Of a stretch of DNA of 64,000 nucleotides, positions 37,165-50,377 are shown piece after piece. The number at the start of each line of letters is the position of its first letter. Within the stretch, counting starts at the first letter, position 1. Below the pieces are notes generated by a model. It did no database searches, was not told the DNA's origin, and worked only from the letters and a program-made list of their open reading frames with translations. Source of the stretch: Stylophora pistillata (Eukaryota); NCBI RefSeq assembly GCF_002571385.2, contig NW_019217786.1:927676-991675 (forward strand), in the 5' to 3' direction. Both the position numbers and the translations under genes were made by a program.

Positions 37165-37445
37165 TGAGCCAAGTGTCCCATCAGACCTGCTCTTAACTGC
37201 AATTTCCACAGCATGATGTGACTAGGGGTATTTCTACTCCCTCTTGGATGGGATGCTAGTCCATTGTGGGGTCACCCCTAGCATTAAATTTGTGGGTACC
37301 CGTTTAAACACCTGGGTGAAATGAGGCACTGTGAGAGTAGTGTTTTGCCTAAGAACTCAACACAAAAATGTCTCCGGCCAGGGCTTGAACTCCAACCACT
37401 CAAACTGAAGCTGAGTGCTCTAATCATAAGGCCACAGCACCTCCA
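37165..37445 (-). mobile_element. tRNA-derived SINE
   Basis: On the minus strand: GGTGCTGTGGCCTTATGATTAGAGCA..GAGTTCAAGCCCTGGCCGG head followed by a conserved SINE core. Confidence 0.65.
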
Positions 37446-37699
37446 ACAATACTTATGGTGCTCTTGGAATAATTCCCGTGACCCTCAGAACCTGGCCAAC
37501 ACAGTTCTAAAAATATTTCATAAATTTAAGGTAAAGTTGACCCATGGACAAAAGTTAATGTCCTGTAGGACTCGTGCCCTGCTAAAAAAAGTCCTAATTA
37601 TGATGAAGTCCATAATGGTTTAACAGAGAATGTCCTATGATTGTTCTTCATTGGCTGAGGAAAGCTCAGCAGTTCCTTGGGGTCCTTTGCAGATGGAAT

Positions 37700-40600
37700 T
37701 TATGGTCCTTGCTCTACAGATGTGCTGGTGCTTGCTAGAAGATTTGAGCTTTCATTGATCAATGTTCTGTGGTCATTTTGAAACTCCCCAGATCTGTCCA
37801 TCCTTGGGGGTGGATCACCTGATGGAGATTTGCAACACTGAAGACATTCCTTAGCAGCAAGTTTCAGACGACCTCTGAATTTTTCAGTGAAAAGACAAAA
37901 TAGCAAGAAGTTTGCCAATCCTTGGCTGCTGTCACCAATTCCCTGAGAATTTTAAAAACAAAACAATTTCAATTTAACAATTTTGTTATGAACAATAATA
38001 ACTGTGACCCATAAGCATTTGTAAGTGATGTATGTATGTATCTATAGCAANNNNNNNNNNNNNNNNNNNNNNNNNNNNNNNNNNNNNNNNNNNNNNNNNN
38101 NNNNNNNNNNNNNNNNNNNNNNNNNNNNNNNNNNNNNNNNNNNNNNNNNNNNNNNNNNNNNNNNNNNNNNNNNNNNNNNNNNNNNNNNNNNNNNNNNNNN
38201 NNNNNNNNNNNNNNNNNNNNNNNNNNNNNNNNNNNNNNNNNNNNNNNNNNNNNNNNNNNNNNNNNNNNNNNNNNNNNNNNNNNNNNNNNNNNNNNNNNNN
38301 NNNNNNNNNNNNNNNNNNNNNNNNNNNNNNNNNNNNNNNNNNNNNNNNNNNNNNNNNNNNNNNNNNNNNNNNNNNNNNNNNNNNNNNNNNNNNNNNNNNN
38401 NNNNNNNNNNNNNNNNNNNNNNNNNNNNNNNNNNNNNNNNNNNNNNNNNNNNNNNNNNNNNNNNNNNNNNNNNNNNNNNNNNNNNNNNNNNNNNNNNNNN
38501 NNNNNNNNNNNNNNNNNNNNNNNNNNNNNNNNNNNNNNNNNNNNNNNNNNNNNNNNNNNNNNNNNNNNNNNNNNNNNNNNATGAGGTCATTCAGTCTTGC
38601 ATTACCGACCCCAGCAGACTGTAGTATGGTCTGCTGGGTTGGTTGGTTTATAAAGGCACAGCTGAGATTGTTGCACTTTTATCTTCTGGTAATATTCGCC
38701 CATAGAGTACACCACAGCACAGTTCTAAAAAAGTTCTCATTCGACAATTGTTTCTTGATCATTGGAACATTGCTTGAAAAAGATTTGCAATTGAATAAAC
38801 ATAACAACATCTTGAGAAAATCAACAGAACTATCACCTGACTCCCATCTTTAAAACCCCTTAACTAAAATCTGGCATGTTTTGTGAAGCAACTGGTTAAC
38901 CAGCTGCTTTATTTTGACCGTAGTATACTCAAAAACAAACCTGAAGATAAAGAAGAGCTTTTTCCCAATCTGACTTCAAAGCTGCAGCAGTGATTTGGTT
39001 GTCTAACAAATAAATGATGAAGCGAATTGTACCCCAAATACGCACCAGAATAAAAATGATGGGTAGCATTGTCAGCCTTCTCTCTGCTTTAATAGCTGAT
39101 TCTTTGTTCTGAAGAGATGTGAACTGCTTTTTTCGATGATAGACCTACATGTAAAGAATTTAAAGAGTTCCGTGCAGATTAACAACTCTAGAGGAATATG
39201 GAATGTGGTCTAACAAGGGAGAGAATATGCTTCGTGTGGATTGAAAATGGAGTTCTAGTGCTTAAGTGTCATTTTGTAAATCAGTTTTAAATAATCAAAT
39301 TCTTATTCAACCATTCATGTAAGTTAATTTCCAATCATTTTTAAATAATTGAACAGTCTAATGAAATTAACCATATCAATGGTTGCATATTCTTTGATAT
39401 ACACAGTTCTGTATTGTTTTGATTTGAATCATTATTACTATTATTATACTAATCAAAGCTATAAAAAAATTCTGAAATGTGATTGGTTATCGCCAGCCCA
39501 ATTTAGGCATTAATTAAACAATAGAGTGTTTCTGTCGAGGAACTATTGGCTGATAGTTGCCCCGCGGAAATTTGATGTTCTCAAAACAAATATTTGCCCA
39601 AGAAGCAAAGCTTCGAGGGCAAATATGCCTGATAGTTACGAGACCTAAACACTCTATTGTTTTTATTGTTCACCACTAAATTTTCTTCCGCGCCTACAGC
39701 TTGTCATAAATGTCAATAATTCGCAACCGTACATTGGCTAAATAATACCTTATACCTGTCAGAATTGAAAAGTCACTGTTTTTCCGATATGCTTAACTTG
39801 ACGGCTGTCAAACTAATCAAAACTTTTCACGGATGAGTACTACCAATCCAGGTATTTTCCCCAGACGGGCACAATCCATCGGGGTATTTTCTGCGGGCGG
39901 GCACTATGGGCTGATAGTGTCTCTCCACGGATGAACACTATCGCATCACGTGATCGATTTAAACCAATAAGAACCGGAGAAAATTTAGTAGTGAACTATA
40001 ATAGGACATAGTGTACCTCATGCTTTCAATCGGGCAGTGTGATAGGACAGTTGACACAGCATGCCTGTGTAAGTGGTCAGTATGTGTCATGTGTGTGTGC
40101 TGTTTAGTTCATTTCATCAAGTTAACTTTTCTTTTTTTATGAAAATGTATATCTGATCTTTAGTTTCTTTCTCAAATGTCATTATAGTTATTATTAATTG
40201 GTAACAGGACTTTGTGTCATCCAATTCTATCTGTAACCATACTTGTGATTAACAAATGGCTTTCCCATTTTGCATTTGTGCAATTTTGTTGATCACTAGT
40301 ATGATTACATGTGAAATTGGGCTCTCCTGAGTCCTCTTACCATTATTCATTATTTCATTTACAATTTGCACATTTCCAAAGTAATGACAACATTTCTGGT
40401 CTAATAGGAAGAAAACAGAATCAGTTTGAATCAGAAATTCGGATTCTTTGAAGTAGGAAGGAAAGAAAATCCTTAGTGACAAAGCATAGCTAAGTCTCGT
40501 CTGAAAGGTACAAGTAGCTCACAACATTACCTCCTTACGAATATGATACTTTAAACCCCAAAAAAATGTAGAAATGAGAACATATGCAGCCATTTCCCAC

Positions 40601-41157
40601 GCTTTGCCTGTGAGTAACATCCATATTTGCTTCTCCCTGGTCGTCAAATTGCCACTGATCCAACACCAGCCCGCACTGTAGAAATCATAATCGTTCCCTA
40701 ACTTATTCTCTCCAAAGGCAATACCTGTTATTATTAACGGAATACCCCAACCAAAAATGTGGAAATATCTAAGCATCTTGTCAGCTTTTTCAGCCTGCCT
40801 TCTTGCCACAGCAGTGTACATAAATATGGATAGAAAAGTCGTCCAAAAAAATGACCAGAGAGAAGCACAAGTTGTGACAAAACTCTGAGCTTTGCATGGT
40901 ATGGTAGTGTGATCATTTCGAGCCAGCCATACTCCCCACAAATTACCTCCAGCAATAAAGAAATCGCCAATGGAAATAAACACGAGTATCTTTCTGGAAG
41001 TCGATCTCAAGTCTTTCCATGCGATGAATGTGATTATGATCAGAGAAGTTCCCAAAATTGAAAGACTCGCTGACACAGTTGTAACAACTCTGTTGACAAC
41101 GGAGTTCGCTTCAGATTCAAAAGACGAGTTAGAGAAGGTTGGAGAGTGTAGCGACAT
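37700..41157 (-). CDS. GPR157-like 7TM GPCR, paralog B
   Basis: Exons 40531-41157, 38941-39144 and 37700-37942, with the same motifs and intron phases as paralog A. Confidence 0.88.
39515..39998. mobile_element. Crypton-like hairpin element nested in another repeat (about 39445-40256)
   Basis: AAACAATAGAGTGTTT..AAACACTCTATTGTTT stem with a central GCAAAGC loop, distal CCAAT, and TAAT duplicated on both sides. Confidence 0.6.
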
Positions 41158-41738
41158 ACTTGCATTAGAACCTCCTACAAGGGGCTCCTATGGTGCCTAG
41201 CTTCGTTGCCGATCAGCAAATGGAGATTATTTGAAGAATGCACCGAAAGATAGAAAGCTGCAACTGGCACCATGAGAGATTCAGCACGTCTCAATAGTTC
41301 AAAACGTCACGTGATACATCCTCCGTTTCAAGGTTGTGGCGTGACCAAGATGTGACGGAAGTGACTAACGCTCCCTGGAAGTTTTGCTTGGAGATAGCGT
41401 TGGAGGGGTGCTTGAGGGCTGTGTTTGACCTCTTGAGTCTAAAAAGGTTTCGTCTTCCTTTAAGCCATGCTTTCTGTTTCGGTTTAAGACTTCTTTAGTG
41501 CCTTCAAGGATGCACAGTTTACGGGAGAGTTTATTTGGCCTTCTAGCCCGTTCTGGACCCTCCTTGAAAAACAACTCAGTAAAGAGGTCGAATTGTTTTT
41601 TCTTTGTCTCACGTTTCACACGAAATCGCATGAACTTCACATTTCTCTTAAAGTTTTCTTTTCCTGAAAAACTGTTCAGTTCGTGCTTTTCAATCTACTT
41701 GGTTATCATTACGTCATAGGACAGACGTGTATCCAGTT

Positions 41739-42489
41739 GGTTTACGGTTAGATCGCTCCCAGTTAGATCGCTCCATTCGAAAGTTAGATCGCCCCACTCG
41801 AAAGTTAGATCGCCCCATCAAATAAGTTACTTCGCTCCCAACATAAGTTACCTCGCTCCGTGTGGCAAATTAAAGTAGAGAGTCGATAAAAGACAGATGG
41901 ACAATGAATGGATAAGTAAGAGTATAGTTACACGAAGAAAGAGTCGCTAGTCGCCATTTTTGACCGAAGTCGAACCCAGTCTCGCTTGGGTCTGAGTTTA
42001 AAAACGTTTAAAAGTGTCGGTTCTTTGAAAGCAATCATAGCCATTGTTGGTCATTTGGTGGTATTTCTGTTGTCTGCTGCTGTGTTTAAACAGGACCTTT
42101 CACACCTTTTGCGCATGGCAATAATTAGCTGTTATTGTTCAGAAAAAGTCACAAGTTTTAACAATACACATGCTTATGTGAGACTTTTCAAAAACCGTGA
42201 TTACTAAAACAGCAGTATTCATAGTGCAGTGTGATTTTGTGTTAAGTGAATAGATGACCGTTAGGACACAGAATAAAGAAAACCTAGCTCACAAGACACA
42301 TCTTCTATAAACTTTAAAGATCAGTAGTAAGTAACACTGAAGTTTACCACATGGAGCGAAGTAACTTGTGTTGGGAGCGAAGTAACTTATTTGATGGAGC
42401 GATCTAACTTTTAAGTGGGGCGATCTAACTTTCGGATGGAGCGATCTAACTGGGAGCGATCTAACCATGGTGCGATCTAACCGGATACC
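41739..42489. mobile_element. MITE with long repeat-rich TIRs and 8-bp TSD
   Basis: GG..CC ends, tandem GTTAGATCGC units mirrored at both ends, perfect TSD ATCCAGTT. Confidence 0.85.
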
Positions 42490-43146
42490 ATCCAGTTGAT
42501 TATTCTTAGCCAACATTTGGACCTGCAGTTGACAAGGATTAAAGTTTCTCGAGACTTCAATTTGCAGATTGGCGAGTTTTTATGTTTTCCTTAAACAAAT
42601 TATTTTAATTGCGGTTCAAGACGACAGATATTTCCGCGAGGATCAATTTTTGCTTTTTATTTCCTGCTGAAGCAGCTAACATCGAGTGGAAGGAAAACCA
42701 CGAATTTCAGAATTCAATAACCCTTTGATTTATGTAGAGGGAAGGCACATGGTCGGTGATTTGTCAGAAAATTTCGTGGAAAACCGAATACGAATTGACA
42801 CTTGACTCACATGCGGTGTTTTAAAATAACTGTTTTGAAGCGCCTAAGTTGAGAGATTTTTCAAGATTGTTTGTGTGTTTGTTTGTTTTGTCTTCGAAAA
42901 CTTATTTTTTTTCTCGTATAGATCAGATGACAAAGCTAGATAGACCAAAACTGATTGAAGAAGAGCTAACGTGCACGCCAAACTATTCTATGTTTCCTTC
43001 AGGAATTTGTTACGTCAGGTATAAACACAGGCGCGGCGGCCCAGCCCAAGCGTACTGTGCTGTCTGTGACTTCGGGGTGTAAAGTGCATGAACGGTAATA
43101 ACTAACATATTAAGATCGAATTTCAAGCGTACGTGTGTGCCGTTAA

Positions 43147-43191
<45 letters not shown>

Positions 43192-43499
43192 TTAAAGTCG
43201 TAACATGAACAATGAACATCGCGTACTATTTAACTCTTTGCCTTCTAGAATTCTGTGGATTATTAGAAACTTAGGAAGTGATCGTCGCTGATTAACTCTT
43301 TCATACCCGAAATAAGTAATAGGTTTTTAAAGAATTTATAATGACTAGTTTAGATTTGGATTTTTTTTTTGTTCAGTATATAGATTTTGATTTCACTGTA
43401 GTTAACGGGCTACGCTCATGCACCCCGTCATACTATTCTTATTGTATATAACATACAAAAGTTTTAAAGTGCTGCATAATAATAACAAAAGTACGCCGC

Positions 43500-43715
43500 T
43501 CTACGCTGGGAGCTTAAACAGCAACTGACCCTGGACTCGAGATACGTCAAGTCAACTTAATTGTAGATGACTTAGAGGGATACTCTAAGAATGTACGAAG
43601 GAATGTTAGAGAATTGTTAGGTGCAAAGAGAGGGAGAGAAGTCCTTCGTCAGTTGCTGAAAGCTGTCCTCAGCGCCAGTCTGAACATCGCCAGAACCTCT
43701 AAGGTTCTTACTTAG
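43500..43715 (+). mobile_element. 3' fragment of a REL-endonuclease non-LTR retrotransposon
   Basis: IRQVNLIVDDLEGYS..LLKAVLSASLNIART resembles the C-terminus of R4/NeSL-type ORFs. Confidence 0.5.
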
Positions 43716-44110
43716 CTTAAGGTGGCGAAATACGAGATACAAAAAACCTCAACTTGGCGCGCACTGATTGTTTCGTTGCGAGTTTTGGTCGATGTTTTTC
43801 GTTTTTCACCTTGCGTGATCAACTTGTCTCGCAACAAAAACATTTGTAACAGGTTGAAGGAATTTGTTGCGAAAAGTTGACCCGCGCTCTACTTAAATAA
43901 TTTTGACGGTTTTTATCCTTTTTATAAGTCCAAAGATGTGTAGTTTCATAGGTTACGTTGTGCGCCCTGTGAAACTTTCTTTTCCTGGCATGCTGAAGTT
44001 CAATAAACTGCGTCATAATTATAATAAATAATATTTAAAGAGGATACTCCCATCACATTGAGTGGTTTTCAGGGGGGTCCTCTGACTAAAAATACATTTA
44101 GATTAGATAA

Positions 44111-44143
<33 letters not shown>

Positions 44144-45082
44144 TTGTATATGTAGATGTAGAGAAGCATATAAAAGCACTAAGATTAAAATACTAAAATT
44201 AAGAATATGCTAAGGTTTATAAGGTAATTTTAAGAAGAAAAGATTAAGAATATGCTAAGGTTTCTAGGGTAATTTAAACAATAATTATTTGTGTCTTTTA
44301 AAATTTAATGGTGGCATAGGCCTTTTCAACTCAGGCGGAAGTGCCAACCATTCGTTTGTTGCTTGATAAGATGTTATGCGTCGTCCCCATTCCGTTNNNN
44401 NNNNNNNNNNNNCCTCGATTAGGCTCTTCTATATGCGGGTGGAAGCTAACATGAAATTACTATTTGTGAAATTAATGAATAAAGTTTGTTGTTGTTTGTT
44501 ATCGTTTAGCACGTCGGGTCGAATTACTCGCACGACTCCCCAGACGGTGTTTTTTGTCTAATAGGGCAAACTGAACAACCTTCGTTACGATCCCTTGGGA
44601 GAGTCTTTTATTTGGTCAGATGCGCTTTGATATTTGAATTCCGTAGTAAGGGCAAAAGGATTATGCGTACCCACAAAGCGATTTAGCCAGAATGGGCGGT
44701 TAAACGGGCGGCTCTCGGATCGATGCAGCGGAATTTGGAAACTTTTACCGCTGGAACGGGTAGGTAATAGCTAAGCGCTCTCGCGGGTGGAAATTTTAGG
44801 AAGATCGGTCGACTTTTGTGGAATTTATCGGCCTTCGAGTGGCGACGGTTGGTGTTCGGGACCGGTTGAAGTTTCCAGCCTCGAGTTTTTTTTTATACAC
44901 AGTTGAACGGTCGCACCACACGCCACAGGTGGCCCAGGCTCTGTCACAGACTCTTTCACAGGCTCTTTCACAATGGATTATTATGGAGTTTGTATAGTGG
45001 TTTAGTTGGACTTCCTTTTGGGCTCCGTAAATATAAAGTTGTGTGAAATAATCAAAGAAATGAAGTCTTACCTTCATAAAGA

Positions 45083-45350
45083 GTAGTCTGTGCTGTTCTT
45101 TTCGCGGCCGTTTTGCTGTGTTTCAGCTTAACGTCCTAGCACTACCAAATAAAAGGGAAGGCAGGAAAGCTCTGTCTCACACACGCTCGCCAAAATCGCT
45201 CGAAAAACACACTTCAATACTTCCCCTTGAATCGAAACTTGGCAGCACGAAATCCAAATAGTTGCCTTTCAAGTTCACAAAACAAATCCCACAAAAGTTG
45301 GGTTGTCGAGCAACCAGCCCAGGGAAAATCTCAAATTGACCGCCATTTCA
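45083..45350 (+). repeat. Dispersed repeat with a related inverted copy at about 63720-64000
   Basis: Shared AGTAGTCTGTG, CCAAAATCGCTCGAAAA, AAACTTGGCAGCACGAAA and CCCACAAAAGTTGG blocks. Confidence 0.7.
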
Positions 45351-45569
45351 ACGCCATTAGAGTGCGCGTCCGTCAAATCAAGTGAAATCGGTAAAATAAC
45401 GACACCAGGAGCAAACAACGCACGTATGGAATAAGCTAAGCCATTTTTATTTAATATTTTCACTTTTAACTATCTCTATGGATATCTTGAAGAAAATCCC
45501 ATACAAATCCTTATAAATCGACATGCAAATTGTGTTCCTTGTGTGGTTCTCAAAAAGAGCTTGTACCGC

Positions 45570-45892
45570 CTGTGAACAGTTTTCTTAATTCATTGTTCGG
45601 TGGAAAGCACTTCTCTATCAAATTTCGAAATTCTCTTCCTATGTTGGTTTGAACATTTTTATTAAATGGTGGGTTGAACCAAGTTATATTCCTATGTCTG
45701 TTTCTCCTGTTAGTGGTGGGGTGCCACTCTATGTCCACAACAAATCTAACTACCGCCCCCCTCCCTGAGGCTATTAACAAAAGATTATCTGAAATCTCAT
45801 CTGACGACGCGACGAGGAAGCCTTCAAAGAAGCAGCACCACCCTACCAAGAAGCGTTAAAGAAAAGCGGTTAACCATACACCCTTAAATTCT
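45570..45892. mobile_element. Penelope-like element RT/linker fragment with internal inversion
   Basis: Minus strand reads RNITWFNPPFNKNVQTNIGREF..KLF. Plus strand reads AINKRLSEISSD..FKEAAPPYQEALKKSG. Confidence 0.75.
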
Positions 45893-46374
45893 TTAGGACC
45901 CGTGGGGATAAAGTTGTCACTCACAAGTAATTAAGTATATTAAAGCGTGACTTTCTGATTGGACGACGTTAAGCGATGAACAATTCAAAATATCTAACGA
46001 GGGTGGGGAACTATTGGCGTTTAATCTTCGTTTAACGTCGTCCAATCAGAAAAGGGCAATCAGCGTGACGGTTTCTGGCTGGCACACGAGAATCTTGTTA
46101 CGCATCCCAGACGTTTTAATACTGTGGGATTTTTGATTTTCTTCGAGGGCTAGCTGCGGTCCGTTTGGATGGATTTTCGATTGGAAGGTACGAGGAGAAT
46201 CGTGAATCTTTTGACCTTAATGCTGCGAAGTTTGAAAGCGGAGCGATGCGATTCTCGGGGGAAAAATCGCTCTGGCGCTTGAACCCTTTCAAAACAAGGT
46301 TTTCACCCTTGTCTTTTCTTTTATGTATTACATTAACGACGAACTCAAGCCCACTAACGACGAACTCAAGCCCA

Positions 46375-46430
46375 AACGTTAGCCCTTCGTCGGAGCGACG
46401 AAGGGCTAACGCTCGAAACGTCAGCTTTTA
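46375..46430. ncRNA. Penelope pLTR-associated minimal hammerhead-ribozyme-like motif at an inverted junction
   Basis: GTTAGCCCTTCGTC-GGAGC-GACGAAGGGCTAACGCTCGAAACGTCAGC. Confidence 0.55.
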
Positions 46431-47169
46431 TAACCGTAACGGTGGCCAATTTACCATTTCAACTTTGTTGATATATTCAAATTATTTCGTTGCACCCACC
46501 GACGCAGCGCCAAACTGTTTCTTTACAAACTATCAGCCTTTATTCATAAGTTAATTCAACGTTTATTTCTCATTGATTTATATACGTAGTCAGCAATATA
46601 TCGCTGTAGTCGAGGCAAACGGTAAATCTGGCACATTGGCTATAAAATAACAATCGGCTTCACAAACAGATTGTATGGACTTCCTGTGGTTACCGTTAAT
46701 GAACTTTACACCCAAAGTCAGACACACAGTACGCTTGGGTAGCCTGTGGTATGAATGGAACTAAGCGGAAACTCGTGGCAAACCCACCTTCCTGTCACAA
46801 GACATGTTAAACAGTATCAGGAGATCTCTCTTGTACTAAAGAACACGTGCATACATTACTTCTTTCAATTTTTTTAACGTAAAGGCCCCAACATCTTATT
46901 TAACAAGTGAGATTTCAGGTCCTAAGTTGCGCTGTTTCCAATAATTCCTCTTTCTAGGTAATTACGCGTCATCTTCACTTTAGCTCGAGAGATTGCGTGA
47001 CAAGTCAAGCCTTCGCACTGTGAGCGGCTGGCTTTCGAAGGAAACGTTTTGTCTTCGTTTTTCTGATGAAAGAGTCAACCTGAAATATGAAATATTAATT
47101 GAGTTTAAAAATTAAAGGCCGCAAAGAGAAGTACAAGAAATAGCGACCGTGCGAGGTTCATCCATCAGG

Positions 47170-50100
47170 ATGAATTTTGCCAATGCATCAACAACGCATC
47201 CACCCATTACTTTGAGTTTTGGAGACATCGGAAACACGACTCTGAATCGTGCTTTGGTAACCATTACCTGCTTTTTATCTCTGCTTGGAGCATCAATAAT
47301 TATTGCTACATATATCGCATGGAAGGATATGAGGTCGACGTCAAGGAGAATCTTGGTTTACATCTCCATCGCTGACAGTATCGTGGCCGCAAGTTATATC
47401 TTTGGCGCATATCTACCTCAGAACACGAACTCGGGAGCTTGTACAGCACAGAGTTATTTATCCACCACCGCTTGCTTATGGTCCTACTTATGGACTCTTT
47501 TTATGGCTATATTTTTGTACACAACGATAGCCATGCAAAAACCCAGCACGGCTCTAAAGATGTTTTGGATGTATCATGGCATAGGATGGGGAGTGCCTGT
47601 GTTTGTCGTGAGCCTTGCTCTGTTTGAAGGTAAGCTGGGGAACGACCGTGACATTTACAGTTCTGCCTGGTGTTGGATAAAGGTAGAAGGTAGTGGAAAA
47701 AGCGCTGGCCACCACGATTACATCATTTGGATGCTTGTCACTGGCAAAGCATGGGAAATGCTGGTCTTTGTGCTTATTTTGATTTTCTATGGATTGCTCA
47801 AGTGGCATCTGCGCGAAGAGGTAAAAACAGTTTAAAATATTAAACAGTTCTGTCAAATGTTTAACTGATATTGATTCATGATGCATTCCGCAAAAATATT
47901 TAATCTTTACTCACGCTAAGAAATTCATCAGGCCACAATTTATAATGAAAAAAACAATAGGTGGTTCGCACGTTACGTCATTTCCGCCATGTTGGTGGAC
48001 GTAAACAATAGATATCTCATTAGCTTCTTTTTGTTCATCGACCAGCATTTGTTCCTTTCACCATTGTTACCTGTGTCTCTAGAGATTGGTTGGAAACCAC
48101 ATATATAAGCTAAACAGAGCATTTGTAATTTAAACATTATAAATAACTTACTACAGTGTAGATATTATCAAATTATTCACCAAGTAAAAGCGTGCTTTTC
48201 ATGAGTGCCGTGTATCTAATCTATAAATGTGAGATGTATTAATCGCTAAGCGATTCTATCCCTCTAAGGTTAAAGGTTAGACTGTTGCAAGGGCTTGCAC
48301 CAATCTAATTAAAATTATCCGATCTTTTTAGCATGAAAATTGTTAAACTGTGACTTTCATTTGAGAATTGGTTCTACGTATCGATAAAGTAATTATTAAA
48401 AGGGTCAATCAGTCATTAATCTTAAAAACTGTTTTTCACGCAATCCAAACTTAACGGACTAGCTGTCACGCTTCCTTTGCGGAAATTATGTTTTTGTCGC
48501 TTTGAGAGAACGACGGGAAGAACTTATGGTTGGAAAGTCAATCTATTATTTTATCCATAACCATTTCATTTATTTATTTATGCAGTAAATTCATTTCTTT
48601 ATGAAACATTTGAAAGAATGCTCAGTGTTTCCTGATCGCATGTTAATGTTCAATTTTATTCGCGGGACTTTTTAATTCATCGTAATCTTGGCGATAACTA
48701 ATCAGAACGATGAAAGGTGGACCTGTTGTTTTTATAGGCTCGTTTTCCCGTCATTTTAAGCTCCAGTCCACATTGTAATGTTGGTACCATACACCGAATG
48801 TAAATATGGCGTCCAATTTGAGTTGCCATTTTTTTGGACTGACTAGCCTCTCACACATGTAATAATCCTTTTGTATTTCCACGTGAAGACGAGGCTAGTG
48901 AGTCCAGAACAATGGCAACTAAAATTGGAAGCCATATTTGCATTCGGTGATTATAGTAAGGTATTGTGCCGTAAGATCTGGAATCAGAGAGCACGAGGCT
49001 GTGAAATTGCACTAAGTTTCCTGGCAAGCACTGAATAAACAACGATTCTTCCAATTTCCGACTCTCATTTGATTCATTTCCATAAAAGCACCTGGAAATC
49101 GAACCTACGGTGTTCGTCTCTGTGGTATAACCTAAGCTGGTCACATCATTACCTTTTCTTTTAGATAGGTTGAATTCTTTTCTAGTAGCATTCTTTTTTT
49201 TTATTCTAAACTGCTTTGTTTTCAGTTGCACCGTAACGAAAGGCATAGGATAAGAAGTAATGCTCTGGATGCAGCAAAAAGGGCTGACAAAAGACTAACT
49301 TGTGTTCCCGTTATTTTCCTAATTCTACGGGCCTGTGGAGTACTTCGCTTCTGTATTTATATATCTTCATCAGCAGAGGAGTTGCACTCGGCAGAAACGC
49401 GGAAAATCCAAGAAGTTTTGGTTTATTTGCAGGTAGGTGGACAACATCTTAGCTGACCTAGGCTTGCAACAGCTACACAACTCGAGGTTATAAAGCGAAC
49501 AGAAAAAGGATAGACAGTTTAACCCTAAAATTCGTAAAAAAAAAAAACTGACTAGCATCTCATTCCCCCTTACAACATAGCCTCTGAATTAAACATTAAG
49601 GTCATGAGAATAAATGAACTGATCACCAACTAAAGAAGCTCTTCATCGTCAAAAAAATTCCCCATTTCAACACCTTAAAATGTATAGAGAACAGTTTGGA
49701 AAATATGCATACTGATGTTAGGGTGAAAAGGGTTCATGGAAAGGTCAAAAGAAATACCAAACCACAATAACTAGTTGTACCTGTTGCTAACAACAAGTGG
49801 TTTAACTTTTAGGTTCGGGGCTTTTCCCAGGGGAATCTCATTTAGTATCACGCCCCATTTGCTGAAAAACAGTTTGGCTCGCTACAGAGGAGATACTTCA
49901 GAAGGCTTATTGAAAGACAACTTTGGTGAATTGAAATAAAAAAAAGAGGTAGAACCTCGAAGATTTCTTTTCGCGAAAAATAATTAAACAGCGGCCATAT
50001 TGTGTAAACGGCTTAACTTATGATAAAGCGAATCGCTTTTAGGACAATCCACAATCTTTCTTTATTGCGTAATTTTCGGACAGTATTATCCTTTTTTTCC

Positions 50101-50377
50101 CTAGGGAATGTGCGAGAGCGGACAAGGATTAGCCAATTTTGTATTTTTCTGCTTGCTTACCAAGAAATTCCAGGAAAATTCACGGAGATTGTTATACAGA
50201 CACTGCACATGTCTTGAGGAGCTCTGGGAATTCAACACGACCACGGAGCCGACCGACCAGGGTATTAATTCAACATATGGCTTTAACATACTTGATTCAG
50301 ATAGCACAGAGATGAATGAAACCGCCACGCTATCTCGGACATCTTATTTAAATTCAAATTATCTGGCCATAACCTAA
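47170..50377 (+). CDS. GPR157-like 7TM GPCR, paralog C (more divergent)
   Basis: Exons 47170-47820, 49226-49432 and 50105-50377, all phase 0. Motifs RRILVYISIAD, CTAQ, AWCWI, GKAWE and GMCESGQGLANF. Confidence 0.88.

Noticed and set aside
38025-38853. ORFs spanning the second large N gap
   Set aside because: Composed mostly of X; gap artefact inside a GPCR intron.
41745-41865. CRISPR-like regularly spaced repeats
   Set aside because: Units are about 20 bp with no unique spacers and are mirrored at the other end of a MITE in a eukaryotic context.
43010-43219. Poly-Tyr ORF (similar poly-Asn/Ile/Leu ORFs at 55655-57516)
   Set aside because: Translations of (TAA)n microsatellites.
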